Position numbers and translations under genes: made by a program
Notes under the pieces: generated by a model
Told to the model about the DNA's origin: nothing
The model's input: the letters and a program-made list of their open reading frames with translations, nothing else
Databases searched by the model: none
Origin: Vitrella brassicaformis CCMP3155
Lineage: Eukaryota; Protista; Chromerida
DNA length: 64,000 nucleotides
Assembly (NCBI GenBank): GCA_001179505.1
Contig: CDMY01001045.1
Span: 62,001-126,000 of the forward strand
Direction: 5' to 3'
Shown here: piece by piece, positions 24,267-37,291 of the stretch
Numbering within the stretch: the first letter of the stretch is position 1
Layout: each line of letters starts with the position of its first letter

Positions 24267-26471
24267 ATGGTGATTCACTCAGTGCGCATGCGATTGATTG
24301 ACGCGTGCGCTGTGTGTGTTGTTTGCTGCAGAAAGGTGCTGCTGCTGCTGCTGCTGATCAGAAAATCGGTGCTGCTGCAGCAGCAGCTGCTGCTGCTGCG
24401 GAGCATGACGACACAGACGACGCAGATGAGGTGTGGCCGTCGAGCAATGAGGAGCTGTGGCGCGACGTGACGCCCCTCAGCACGGTGCTCGATGAGGGAC
24501 CGCACCCAGTCGTCGAAATCGACACATCGCCTCAATGTATGCACACACTCACGCACGGATGGGCATCGCATCAATCAACACAACACACCCACACAGCAAG
24601 CCACAAACTCCCTCCCTTTGTCTGTCTGTCCTTCTGTCTGTCTGTCTGCGTCCCATTACATTTGCCATCCATTCATTCATTCATTGTGACATCAGTCCGG
24701 CGGGCCCACGCGCTGCTGTATGCGCTGCTGAGTGCGGGGGAGAGGAGCCAGCGCGCCCTCGACCTGACGCGGGAGGTCATCCACCTCAACAACGCAAACT
24801 ACACCGCATGGTAGGTAGGGTCAGCCAGTGATGCATGGCCAAGGGTGTCTGGACTCGCGTGTGTGATGGATGGTCCCAACACAACATATACATACTACAG
24901 GCACTACCGCCGGCAGATCCTCGAGGGCATGGAGGGGGAGTGGGACCTCGCAGACGAACTCGGTGCACACACACGTCACTTCACGCCACGCCGTATACGC
25001 CATGCCGGCCGCCTGTTCTGTCGGGTGTGGGTGTGGGTGTGGGTGTGAGTGCATGCAGCGTTCAGTGAGGAGTGGATCTTCGACAGCCCCAAGAGCTACC
25101 AAGTGAGTGGGCCAAGCCGACCAGACACAGTCGCATACACAAGTGTGTGGGTGTGGGTGTGGGTGTTAGGTGTGGCAGCACCGGCGATGGCTGGTGGAAA
25201 AGGCCGCAGACCCATCAAAGGGTGAGCGAACGAGCACAGGAAGGCTTGTGTTGCGTTGTGTTAATCCTTTGTGCCTCCCTCCCTCCCTCCCTCCCTCCCT
25301 CTCTGCTTCAGAGCTGGAGGTGTGCGCGAGCGTGCTGAACAACGACGCCAAAAACTACAACGCATGGTCGCACCGGTAGGCAGGCAAACACGCACGCACC
25401 CCATCCGGCCATCCATCCATCCATCCGCCCATGTGTCTGTGTGCGCGGCTGGCGAATTGACGGATTCATGGGATGGTGCGAGCAGACAGTGGGTGGTGCG
25501 TACGTACGGGCTGTGGGCGGCCGAGCTGGCCTTCGCCGAGGCCATGCTGCAGGAGGACTTCCGCAACAACAGCGCATGGAACCACAGGTGGGTTGGGTCG
25601 GAGGGCAAGGCAGGCAGATGGATGGATGGATGGGTGTGTGGAGGCACTACGTGGTGAGCCACGAGCTGAGGTCGTGCTCAGGCCAAGAGGACCAGATCAG
25701 TGCCATTCGCTCCAGGGAAATCAGGTCACAAGACACAACACACAACACACAACACACCCACACGCACATCAGCCCTACACGCTTGTGTGCAGCTATGCCT
25801 CGTCGTGGCTCGCCCTGGCGCCGCACAACGAGAGCGCATGGAACTACCTCGCCAGGTAGGTCAACACACACACCACAGCACACACACACACACACACCAT
25901 TGCTCTCTCTGCGTGTGTGAGTGCGTGCAGTTGGTTCGCCGAGGGCGGCGAGCGGCACACAGCCGAGAGGCGCCCCTGGAGCGAGATACCAAACGAGGTG
26001 GGCAGGCAGGCAGGCAGGCAGCCCAGACCCACCGACCGCATTGTCAACATCATCTCTCTCACCATCAATCTGACGAGTGTATGTCCATGTCCACTTTTGG
26101 TGGGTGGCAGCTGGAAGACCGCATCGCCTCCGTTGTCGCCTCTCACCCGAGATGCAGATTTGCCCTGGTCCGTCCGTCCGTCCGTCCACTGTACACACAC
26201 ATCACACATCACACGTGAGATTTCTTCTCTCTCTCTGTCTGTCTGTCTGTCCGTCTGGTGTGTGTGTGTGTGTCAGGAGGTGCTGGCCAAGGTGGCATCT
26301 GCTCGTGGGGATGGTGAGGCGGCTTGTCAGCGGTGGCGGGAGCTGGCCGATAGCGACCCCGTGCGACGGAGGTACTGGGAGTACATGGCCGACAGGGAGA
26401 GGGAGAGGGAGAGGGAGAGGACGATAGCACTACAACAGACAGGGGCAGGGGCAGGGAGTGGGGAGGGCTGA
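24267..26471 (+). CDS. FNTA: Protein farnesyltransferase/geranylgeranyltransferase-I alpha subunit
   Basis: PPTA repeats: SQRALDLTREVIHLNNANYTAWHYRR, PKSYQVWQHRR, DAKNYNAWSHRQW, EDFRNNSAWNHR, APHNESAWNYL, DPVRRRYW. The start is inferred as an ATG-only exon at 24267-24269. Confidence 0.93.
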
Positions 26472-28254
26472 TGGATGGACAGCGGTGTTTCCGAGCTTTG
26501 TTTTGTTTATGTGCAAGCAAAGCGGTTGGTTGTCTTTTGACTCCGTTGTGAGAGCTGTGATGTGATATGTATGCGGGTCGATGGACGAATGCTCGTTCTC
26601 TGTTCAATCCATCCATCCATCCAGGAAGCGTCCAGGACACCGCTTCTCTCTCTGTGCGTGCGTGTCCTCCTGTCTCTTCATCTCATCCATCATTATCATT
26701 CGTTCTTTCGCTCTTTCTTCCTGTGCGTTTTCCCTCTTCCTCTTTAATCGCTTCCCCTCCTCCCCCCTCCTTTCCCTTCGAGTGGCCGGCCCATCACAGT
26801 GCTGCACACATCACATCACATCACACACATCCCGCCCGTCACGTCAGTCGAGACACCCACACCCAACAGACAGACAGATAGATATCAACCAATCTATCAA
26901 CCAAGCTATCGACAACGGCCCATCCATCCATCCATCCATCCAACCGTGTAGGCGGCGTGCTTCACAAAACCTGGCTGGCTCAGTCGACAAACACACAGGC
27001 AGGCAGGCAGACAGGCAGACCGAGACAGACCAGACATACAGGCGCCACCCCCACACAGCTGACCCGTTCGTTTGTTTGTTTCGGGTCAGCTGCGTGTGCG
27101 CGGCGCCTTGTCGGCTGTCGGTCGGTCGACGCAAAACGAAGGGCGAGAGACAGAGTGGATGTGTGTATGTGGGTGTACATGTGTGTGAGATGTGGGTGTG
27201 GGTGTGGGTGTGGGTGCCGACAGACAGACAGACAGACAGACAGGCAGACGAACGGGGAGATGCCTTCATTCCATCCATGTAAAGAGAAATCAATCGACCA
27301 ACGACCATCCATCCATCCATCCGTGTACCTACCGAGAACAGCACGCTTTGGCGCATACAGACCTACAGACGTCCATCCATCCATCCATCCACACGCACGC
27401 CGCAGACCAAACCTGACGCGAGAGCCCTTCTCCTTCGCACCCGTCCGTCCACACACAGCATTCCTTGCTCCCTCCCTCCCTCGCCCAAAACTCCAGCCAA
27501 CCAACCAAAACGTCTCGATGGATGGATCGATGGATCGATGGATCGATAGATCAAGAAAAGAAAAGCAGTTCATACGACTAGGGCCACTCCACTCCTGCAT
27601 AACAGGCCGACCAACGACTGGGTCGACTATAGACAGACAGACACAGATACACAGATACACACGCATACCAGACACACCACACCACACCACCTGACCTGCA
27701 CAAATGGAGAGAGACCCGAGACGGGAAATCAATCAAAAGAGGGAGAGAAAGAGAGTAGAGAGTGGCCGGCAAGCCAAGCAAGTCACTTTCACTATACACC
27801 ACACACACCCACACCCACACCCACACCCAGGCACCGTACTATCTATGGCTGCACACACACGACACGCAACACACAACACAAAACACACAACACAACACAG
27901 CACCTGGCTGGCCATTCATTCAAAAAGGGCAAGAGCGGACGATGTGATTGAGGAAGAGCGCAAGGCAAGGAACGAAGGAGGGAGTGACAGCCTCGCACGC
28001 CCGCACGCCCACCCGCATAGCATAGCATACACACACACGGATCTATCTACTCACACACCACACGCCACACCCACACTCACCAACGAAAAAGAAACTGATC
28101 GATCCAGATAGACAGATACCGAGAAACAGACAAGCCCCAGCCGCACCGCGCCCCCCATCCCATCATGTCAGTCAGCTCACTAACGTCAGACGCAATCAGT
28201 GAATGAATGAAAGCCCTAGCGCACTCACAAGGCAGCCCCACTCCACTCCCCCCC

Positions 28255-28554
28255 NNNNNNNNNNNNNNNNNNNNNNNNNNNNNNNNNNNNNNNNNNNNNN
28301 NNNNNNNNNNNNNNNNNNNNNNNNNNNNNNNNNNNNNNNNNNNNNNNNNNNNNNNNNNNNNNNNNNNNNNNNNNNNNNNNNNNNNNNNNNNNNNNNNNNN
28401 NNNNNNNNNNNNNNNNNNNNNNNNNNNNNNNNNNNNNNNNNNNNNNNNNNNNNNNNNNNNNNNNNNNNNNNNNNNNNNNNNNNNNNNNNNNNNNNNNNNN
28501 NNNNNNNNNNNNNNNNNNNNNNNNNNNNNNNNNNNNNNNNNNNNNNNNNNNNNN
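28255..28554. other. Assembly gap (300 N) flanked by C-runs
   Basis: Run of n with ccccccc on the left and cccccc on the right. Confidence 0.99.
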
Positions 28555-29268
28555 CCCCCCGTGCGATAGGCAGACAGACTGACACACGACACCCCTACCG
28601 CGCCCCACCCGTCTCTTTCTTTCCTCAGAGAGTGAATGCGACTTTGTCCGTCTCTATCTGTGTATGTGTATGGGTCTACCTACGATCGATACGATCGATC
28701 AGTACGTGTGTACGTGAGTGAGTGACATTGCGTGTGTGGCGTGCGTGCGATCCCTCCACATGTGTGTGTGTGTGTGTGTGGTGGGGTGTGGTGGGGTGTG
28801 GTGGGGTGGGGTGGGGTGTGCGGTGCATTGCTCTCGGTGCTTTGTGTGCTGTGTTGTGTAGGGCCTGCCTTGCTCTCTCTCTCTCTGTGACCTCGCCCGC
28901 CCGCCGTTTTGAGGCGGCAAGAGAGGCAGGAACGCATGTGAGTGTGAGTGTGTGTGTGTATGTGTGTGTGTGGGTGGGCAGACACGAGCAGAGAGAGGGA
29001 AGCGGACAGAGAGTGCGATGGAACAAACAGAGACAGACAGACAGACAGGCAGACGGGCAGACTAGCTGAAAAAACACCAGTATACACACACACACACACT
29101 CAGACAGACACACACACACGCATGCCGTCGTATCTACATAAACGGATGGATGTCCTGACATGTGTCTGTGTGTCTGTGTGTCTGTGTGTCTGTATGATGG
29201 TGTGGCATGCTCACAAAACCAACCAAAAAGACAGACGAGACGACAGGAAAGCGCGCTCCTCTCCCCCT

Positions 29269-29568
29269 NNNNNNNNNNNNNNNNNNNNNNNNNNNNNNNN
29301 NNNNNNNNNNNNNNNNNNNNNNNNNNNNNNNNNNNNNNNNNNNNNNNNNNNNNNNNNNNNNNNNNNNNNNNNNNNNNNNNNNNNNNNNNNNNNNNNNNNN
29401 NNNNNNNNNNNNNNNNNNNNNNNNNNNNNNNNNNNNNNNNNNNNNNNNNNNNNNNNNNNNNNNNNNNNNNNNNNNNNNNNNNNNNNNNNNNNNNNNNNNN
29501 NNNNNNNNNNNNNNNNNNNNNNNNNNNNNNNNNNNNNNNNNNNNNNNNNNNNNNNNNNNNNNNNNNNN
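29269..29568. other. Assembly gap (300 N) flanked by C-rich sequence
   Basis: Run of n with ctccccct on the left and ccccccc on the right. Confidence 0.99.
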
Positions 29569-30875
29569 CCCCCCCTCTCCCTCCCTCTTTGTCTCATCAA
29601 TCAAGGCCCCCCACCCCATCCCCCCATGAGTGGATGGATGGACGGATGGATGGATGGACAATCAAGCAATGCCCTTTCCTTCTCTCCTCACACAGCCGGT
29701 TGGCAAAAGACTTCGGCTTGTGTGGTGGTCACTGGCAGGCAAGCAGCCCCCACCCCCTCACTACAGTGTATGCAGCCATGTGAGGGTCCATACAAGGTGT
29801 GCGTGCACAAAAGCAAAGACGGCATGGCATGGTGTAGCGTCGTGAGTCAGATGCGTCAGCCAGGCGCCGGGGCGGGAGAGAAGATCTCAACTAACTGGCC
29901 AGACAGAGAGACAGACAGACAAGACACAGACATACATTGTGGGGCTTGATGGCGTGTGCCGTGTGCCGTATGCAGCAGCATACCCGCACACAGACAGAAA
30001 GAGGCACACACACACCGACAGCGAGAGACATGCACAGAGATACACACAGCCGCGCCGCACCAACGAACAGACAAGGAAAGAAACAAAACAGTTTCTTCTC
30101 TCAATTGCCCGGATCACCTAGCTGACGACCGACCGGCATGGCACGTATGCATCTACACACCCCACACCCATTACCCAACACCCCACTAAGCCATCCCCTG
30201 CCCTCCTCTTCCCTCCCCTGCCGGCGCGCGTGGCGCGTGGCGCGTGGCGCGTTGTTGCTGAAGTGTCTGTCCTTTCTTTCTGCACGTCTGCAGTCTAGCC
30301 ACGCACATACATACACACATGGATACATCTGATGTCAATCAAGAGACGGAAAAAACCGGCTCCCTGCCCGACCGGCTCGAAAGAAACAAAGACTGACTCA
30401 CTGACGGACTGACGGACTGCGATATGCTATCGTCCCCCCCACCCCTCTCTCTCTCTCTCTCTCTCTGCCCACCCACCACACGGATCCATCATCGAAGCAA
30501 CCACACACGCGTGTAAGGCTGGCTGGCTGGATGGATCCACGGATATCTGCACAGATGGATGGATGGATGGATGGCATGTATGTGGTGTACACGGCGGCTG
30601 AGTGAGTGAGAGAGCCCCCGAGGCCCTGTCCTGTGCGTAACGCTAGAGGGCCCCTTGCTCCCTCCCTCCCTCTCACCCGCACCCACACCCACGCCAGCGC
30701 CCACAGCCGGGTCAACATCATGTGTGTACGTGTGTGTGTGTTTGTCTATCTAGGGCTATACAGAGACGGCAGAGGAACGCACCAGGCAGGCAGGCAGAGA
30801 GGCAGACACACAGGTGTTCCATCCATCCATCCATCCTTGTCTGTACACTCTACAAGAGCCTGACTGACTGACAGA

Positions 30876-30910
<35 letters not shown>

Positions 30911-31387
30911 GGCCATACAAGAGAGAGAGAGAGAGGGCCATACACACCCACACTCACGCGCGCACGCACCCATGCAGGAAGGGAAGGATAGGATATGCAC
31001 ACAAATGGGCGGACAGGCGGAGTAGCTAGCTACAACGGAATAAAACAGAGGCGAGCCCAAATGATATGCGACCGTACATCCCTCCACATAGACAGACAGA
31101 CAGACAGACAAGACAGAAAAAGCGCCTCTGGCTTGGCTTGGCTTGGCTTCCTTGCTTGGCTGATCTTAAGCAGAACAGCTCACTCACGCTCATCCACTCA
31201 CAATCAAGACAAGACACACATGACATGGCAGCTAGCTAAATGTACCGACCGACCGACCGACCGACCCCACACAAACCCCGCCCACCCACCAGGCGGCCAT
31301 CTGTCCACTTTGTCGATGATGATGGATGGAGGGTGGCGACTTCCCGTTGCACCCTCACCGCCACCTCACACGCGCGCGCCCCACCGA

Positions 31388-33283
31388 TCATTCCTCGTAC
31401 ATGATGGGCTGGCAACGGCGAAGCTCTGCCACAGACACACACACACACACACAGAGACAGACAGACAGACAATGTGACTGTGTCACCCTCCCGTGTCTGT
31501 CTGTCTGTCTCTCCTTCTCCTTACCGTCGCCCTGCAGGTGCATGGACGTGCACGCCACCATATCCAGAAAAGACGACTGCCGCCCCACTCCCGCCCCCTT
31601 GCTGTGCTGTGGGTGTGGGTGTGGGTGTGGGTGGGCAGCAGGCGGCCCCGGCTGCCGCACGCCGCACCACACGCCAGCCAGCAGAGGAAATGGCGCGGGG
31701 CTGCCCTGCGGGGTCGTGCTCGTGCTGTGCGGGTGCGGGGGAGGGTGGGGCGGCACGGGCGACGACGCGCTGTTGGCCAAGGCCACGAGCGTCTGCAGCG
31801 GCACCGAGATGCTCCTGCTGATGTCAGTCTTGGTGGTGGTGTGTGTGTGGGGCGGCGGGGGCGGGGACGGCACGGCAGCCACGGTCGTGGTCGTGTTGGT
31901 CGTGTGGGTGGACATCGTCGAGGTGGATCTGCTGGGCGGGGTGCCCGTCTGCGAGCCGGCGATGGTGGATGGGGTGGAGGGGTAGAAGGGGTGGTGGGGG
32001 TGGCTGAGCGTGGGGGAGCCCGTCGACGAGGAGCACGCCGAAATGATGCTGGGGTCCACCGTGACGGCCAGGGGATGAGGATGCCGCTTGGTGTTGATGG
32101 GCGCCAGAGGCACCGACTGCTGCACGGTAAGGGTAGGGGGAGGGGGCAGGGGGGGCGCGGCGGGCGGCTGCTGCTGCTGGTGGTTGTGGTTGTGGTACAC
32201 CATCGCCCCGTCATGCTGCTGATGCTGCAGCTGGTGAGACGGCGGCTGAAGGTGCGGCTGCGCCAGGTCGTCTGCCTTTCCGCCCCCACTGCCGGCGTCC
32301 CCCGTGGCCGTTGCCGTCTCCTCCATGGAAGCAGGGGAGTCCATCGACCTGTTGGAGCCCTCCCCATCGGTGCCCGTCGACACGTCGCTCGCTGGCGCAC
32401 CAGCACCCACGCCATAGGGCCCGTGACGATGCGGCACCACAACCGTCGGGTGGGGCGGTCGTGGGTGTGGATGAGGGCCAGGCACCACCACAGCGCCACC
32501 ATTGCCGCTGCCGGCGGTGATGGGTTTGGTCCTTGGGGTGGGGTGTGCGGATGGGGCGGGTGAGTGTGGGTGTGAGAGGCTGCCATTGACAATGACATTG
32601 CCACCAGTGGGGCCCTGGATGTCTGTGGTGTGTCGGTATGGGTTAGCGAGGTTGAGCAGGCCGGGATTGGGGGGCATCTCCTTGCGCGCCCGCAGCTGAG
32701 ACACTCCGTGGGCAAACCGACACTTGTTGCCGTTCAGACACCGACCTACGAAACAAAGCAACACACAACACAACACAACACAGCAGAGAGCGACAGACAC
32801 ATTCGGGCGTGCTGTCGCGGTCACCACACCGGCTCACCTACCTTTCCGGTAGAAGAAGCATAGTGAGGTTTTGTAAGCGAGCAGCTCGGTGGAGTTCCTG
32901 AGGTCCTCCTGTGTGTGGGCGTACTGGCAGTTGGGAATGCCGCAGGGCACACCCTTGGTCACCGACTCACACAGTTTCGTGTTCTGCAGATTCGGAAGCG
33001 GCCGCATCTCGTCCTACACAACGTTGCAAAACACAAACACACAAACACAACACAACACAACACGGCAGGCACACAGAGCGTCGATCAAAGCGATGCCCTC
33101 CCTCACCCCCTCTCTCTCCGTGCGTCTGTCTGTCTGTGCGTCATGTGCCCGGACCCACCCACGCACCGACCCACCGACCGAGCGACCTACCTGTGAGTGT
33201 GCGTATGTGCATCTTGGTCCCGACGCACAGTGCCCCTTGAGGTAGAAGGGGCACATCTTGGTCTTGATGAACTGCTCCTTCAT
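31388..33283 (-). CDS. Triple CCCH zinc-finger RNA-binding protein with a long P/H/S/T-rich tail
   Basis: KTKMCPFYLKGHCASGPRCTYAHS, KTKLCESVTKGVPCGIPNCQYAHT and YKTSLCFFYRKG|RCLNGNKCRFAHG. The last exon reads ELRRCQPIMYEE*. The start could lie further upstream. Confidence 0.9.
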
Positions 33284-34406
33284 CCTGGATGGACGGCCGG
33301 ATCAAGGAAGGGGAGGGAGAGGACTCGACCAAAACCTCTCTCACTCCTCCAGTCAGTCTCTCACTCACAACTAAGGCTGTACACGATGGGCTGCACAGGG
33401 GAGGGAGGGGGAGGGAGGGAGAGGGGGGCTCGGCCGCCGCTCACGTAGTCACCCAGTCACTCAGCCCACTCACGCACGCACTGTGCTCTCTCTTCTCAGC
33501 TCTCTCTGCTGTGTCGGGTTGGCCCCTTGCGCCAACACGCACACAACAACAAATACCCGACACACAAACCTGGACACACACACCACACCACGGCAGAGAC
33601 CTCTGAGGAAAGACAGCACGACGACGCGCGGCTGGGGGGAGGTGGAGTGTGTCTACCTACTGGCTGGTCGGTCGGTCTCACGTGCTCCCCCTCGTTGTCC
33701 CCATCAGCGCCGCCTTCAACGAGTAGTCCAATCCTCCCTCCACGCGACGACACACACAAACGGCTCTTTCAGCCAGCCACGCACAGCAACAGTAGTGAGT
33801 GATCACAAACGAACGAGATACAGAGAGAATCAGTCCTGTTGTCCTGTTGTCGTCTTGTCCGGACTTTGCTTGTGTCCCGGTTCTTCCGTTCCCAAAAACG
33901 GCCCGCCGAGCGATCCAGCCGTTGGTGATAGAGAGTGGAGGAGAGAAGCGGGGGAAGGAAAAGCCTTCCTTCTTCGACTGCTGCACACGCAAGGAGGCGT
34001 CGCCTGCGTCGGCCCGTGGCTCTCAAGGACTCAATGTCTGACGTCTACTATTTTTGTCCGTCCGTGTCGAAATAATGGGCATGCAGATTGACAGACATCA
34101 ACTCCTTCGTATACGTAAGCTGTACACACACAGACGTACATATCCACGCATACATACATCATGATGCATCCATCGGTTTGGGAAAGCCATGCAGCTGTAC
34201 ATGTCATGTCATGTAGTCACGACCACGCATCAGCAGCAGTAAGGTGAGGAAAGTAAAAGGAGTCAGTCTTTCGACAACAAACGACTCGCATCGCATTATC
34301 GATCGCATCCATGACTCATCTCTTCTTCTCCTTCTGCACAAGCCCCACAAGTAAGTCACAACCCACCCAAGACAAGAAAAGGATAGATCTGATTCAGCCG
34401 ATCAGC

Positions 34407-35858
34407 TCAGCCGTCATCTCCGACCACTGTGGACCCGCCTTGCGGCTCGCCCGAGAGCGATGAGCTCGATGAGGAGAAGATGGAAAATGCTCTGCAGCGG
34501 GAGAAGGTCAGCCCGCCGCACGAAAGACTGCCGAGCACAAAGCAGATGCACTGCACGGCACCCACACGCGCACACAGTAGAGAGTGTCAAGGCGCATGTC
34601 CAGTGGGTGGTGTGAATGAGTGTGAGCGTCTTTGTTTAATGGCTGACCGTGACGATCAGTAGGATAAAGAGGTATGACTTGAAGCTCTGCCACCAGAGAG
34701 AGCGCTTCATCGCACGACCGGCCATGCGAAAACGGACACTCTGACAGACAGACAGACAGACAGACAGACAGCCACAAATAAAGGTAAAGCCTCCCTCGAT
34801 CGGATCCGCCAGCGTACGTTGCATACCTCTCCCTTGAGGAGCTCAGTTTTCCCCATGAGCGACTCGATCTGCTCGCCACGCTCCATCACACGCTCTACAC
34901 ACGCATACAGGTGTCGTAGATACACGCTCGCACGGTGCTTTGAGTGGTGAATGCCTCCTTGGCTGGCTCCCGTACGTATGTTGTCCTTCATGATGTCGGT
35001 CACGTCGTCCAGCTCCCTCTCCACCTTGTGGATGCGATTCAGACCGAAATTCTGGTTGTAATCGTCCTGACGCACACACGCGCGCACAAGCACAGCACAA
35101 GCCAAAAGATCCATTGCACCACTTCTGCAGAGCCATATGGTGTGCTGGCTTGGTGGTGAGCGGCTTGACCATGAGCGACTTGACCATTCTGGTCAGTTCC
35201 GCCGACTTGGACGCCCCTCCCATCGCAGGCCGCTCATACTCGCGACGAAACTTCTCGCGCAAGTCATCCTGAACACACCACGCCGCTCAGGCAGGCGAAA
35301 GAAAAAGTCTGCTATGGCGTGCCGTGTGTGTGTGTATGGTATGTGTTCGCAAATTCGCTCACTAAAAACTGGAAGGGTACTTCCGAGCCCGCCTCGGCGC
35401 TCCCCACACACATGTAGATCAGCTCATTGTCCACCAGCTGCCAGTGCGCCACACACACACACCCCAGACAGACAGACAGACAGACTCACGCCCGCCGTGC
35501 GCATCCGCATACAAAAGTGCTCGCAGACTGTGCTTACGTAGTTGAACGTTTTCGACTCGTACACATACGTCCGGCGCCCTCTCGCCCGTGGCACCTTGCC
35601 CAGGACCTTCCTGCACCAACCAACAGCCAGCCAGCACAGCATCCATTCAGCTGGCGTGTTGCGCATGTGTTTTCATCTATGTGATTGTGAGTGCTTGTGC
35701 GTGAGTGCGTGTCATTCTTCCTTCCTTCTCTGTGCGTGGCTTGATCCATGCATGACGCATGCGGCTCACCTCGACACGTCAAGGAGGTTGTCTACAAGGG
35801 CGGAAAACTCGCACAACACGAAGGTGCCCTTAGCCACAAGGGCATGAGTAATGTGCAT
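34407..35858 (-). CDS. VAMP7: Longin R-SNARE, VAMP7-like
   Basis: Longin start MHITHALVAKGTFVLCEF. SNARE motif IHKVERELDDVTDIMKDNI|ERVMERGEQIESLMGKTELL. MKRSLWWQSFK is followed by a TM segment and CGG. Confidence 0.85.
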
Positions 35859-35972
35859 CGAACCTCTGCACCTTCCCCTTTTCTCCTCTACAGATTTGAG
35901 CTCGCCACACAATTTGAGCTTGCACTGAGAGGGCGAGCGTCGAAGCATCGCAGCGACTTCGTTGCTCCCCTG
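35859..35972. promoter_or_regulatory. Compact bidirectional intergenic region (114 bp)
   Basis: Lies between the VAMP7 ATG (35858, -) and the first TOM40 ATG (35973, +). GCGAGCT on the minus strand at 35899-35905; atttgagct occurs twice. Confidence 0.5.
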
Positions 35973-37260
35973 ATGTCAGATCCGTCGTCGCCTCTTCAGC
36001 CGGATGGTTCGCGTTTCTCAATGCAGCCTCCCCGGTGGCTGTCGGGTCCCCTCAGCTACCTGCTGCCCGCCTCACGCCCCTCCCCCCCTCCACACCAGGG
36101 GCGAGAGCAGCCCTCAAGCAGATCTCGCCAGATCCCCGCCTCCTTGTTGAATGCAGTGGTGCGTTTGAAGCCGGCAGTGGCGGCGTCTCAACCTCCCGCT
36201 GGCGGTGCGCCTGCCCCGACCGCATCCTCACCATCAGCATCAGCTGCTGACGAGAGGAGTGGCGGCGACGACAAGGGGGGCGAGGGAGGGGGTGCGCTGC
36301 CGCCGCCAATGGTGCCGCCACCCACTGATCCGTGAGTGACAACGACGTGCAGTGAATCACTCGTTCATTCATTCACTTTCTCGTTCAAGGAATGGGACGA
36401 CGGGAATCAGGTCTTTGTGTGTTCTTGTGTGTTGATGTATGTGTCTGTCAGGCTGCAGCCGCTTCAGTGGGAGGCGTTTCTCAAAGAGTGGTCGCAGATG
36501 ACCCAACAGGACACATTCGATGGATTCAGACTCGAGGCACAGAAGAACGTAACACACAAGGGAGGGACAGAGGGAGGCAGGCAGGGTCACTGTGCACAGA
36601 CAGACAGACCACACGCGAATGAATGGCTAGCTGTAATGCCTGCAGGTGACCAAGAATCTTCAGTCGTGCCACAGTTTGTTCCTGGGCACCACGATGCGCC
36701 CCGAGGGCTACATCTACCAGTTCGGCCCCACCTTTACCACCGAGGACCAAAGCCTCTTCCTACTCGGCAGGCTCGGCACCGACGGCACACTCAACGCTAG
36801 GTACACCAGGAAATGCCAAACACACACACCCTAAACACGCAACAAACAGGCAACACATGCGCTCTTGCCTTCTCTCATTGTGTCTGTCGGTGGGTGCTCC
36901 GCGCATCGATCGCATCAATCAGGGGTGTGAAGAAGTTCTTCGGCACGACCGAGGCCAAGGTGACGGCGACGTCGAACCTCAAGGACGAGCAGCGGAACAT
37001 GCTCGAGGCGGGGCTCGACCATGCCGGCAAGGACTGGACGTCCTCACTCAAACTCGCCTGGCAAGGTAGGTACCTGCCCACCTGTTTGTTTCCCTGGCTG
37101 GCTGGCTGGGTGGTTGACATCGATGTGCATGGCGTGTGTGTGGGGCTGGGTGCGGTGCGTTGCGGTGCCGTGCGGTGCAGGAACCTGGATCGTAAATGGG
37201 AGCTACACACAGGTGCGGTGTGTGAGCTTGTGCTTGTACTGCACTGGCCGTCTGTGTGTC

Positions 37261-37291
<31 letters not shown>

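Larger units (their letters stand above)
26500..31350. repeat. Microsatellite-rich non-coding interval of about 4.9 kb between convergent genes
   Basis: Dense (CCAT)n, (GACA)n, (CA)n, (GA)n and (CACACC)n runs, with no convincing exon. Confidence 0.7.

Noticed and set aside
28077-29949. Long ORFs in the ORF track
   Set aside because: They are artefacts of reading through N runs and microsatellites.
31326-32715. Overlapping long ORFs in other frames and on the other strand of the CCCH gene
   Set aside because: They are shadows of a GC-rich low-complexity exon; only the frame carrying the zinc fingers is supported.
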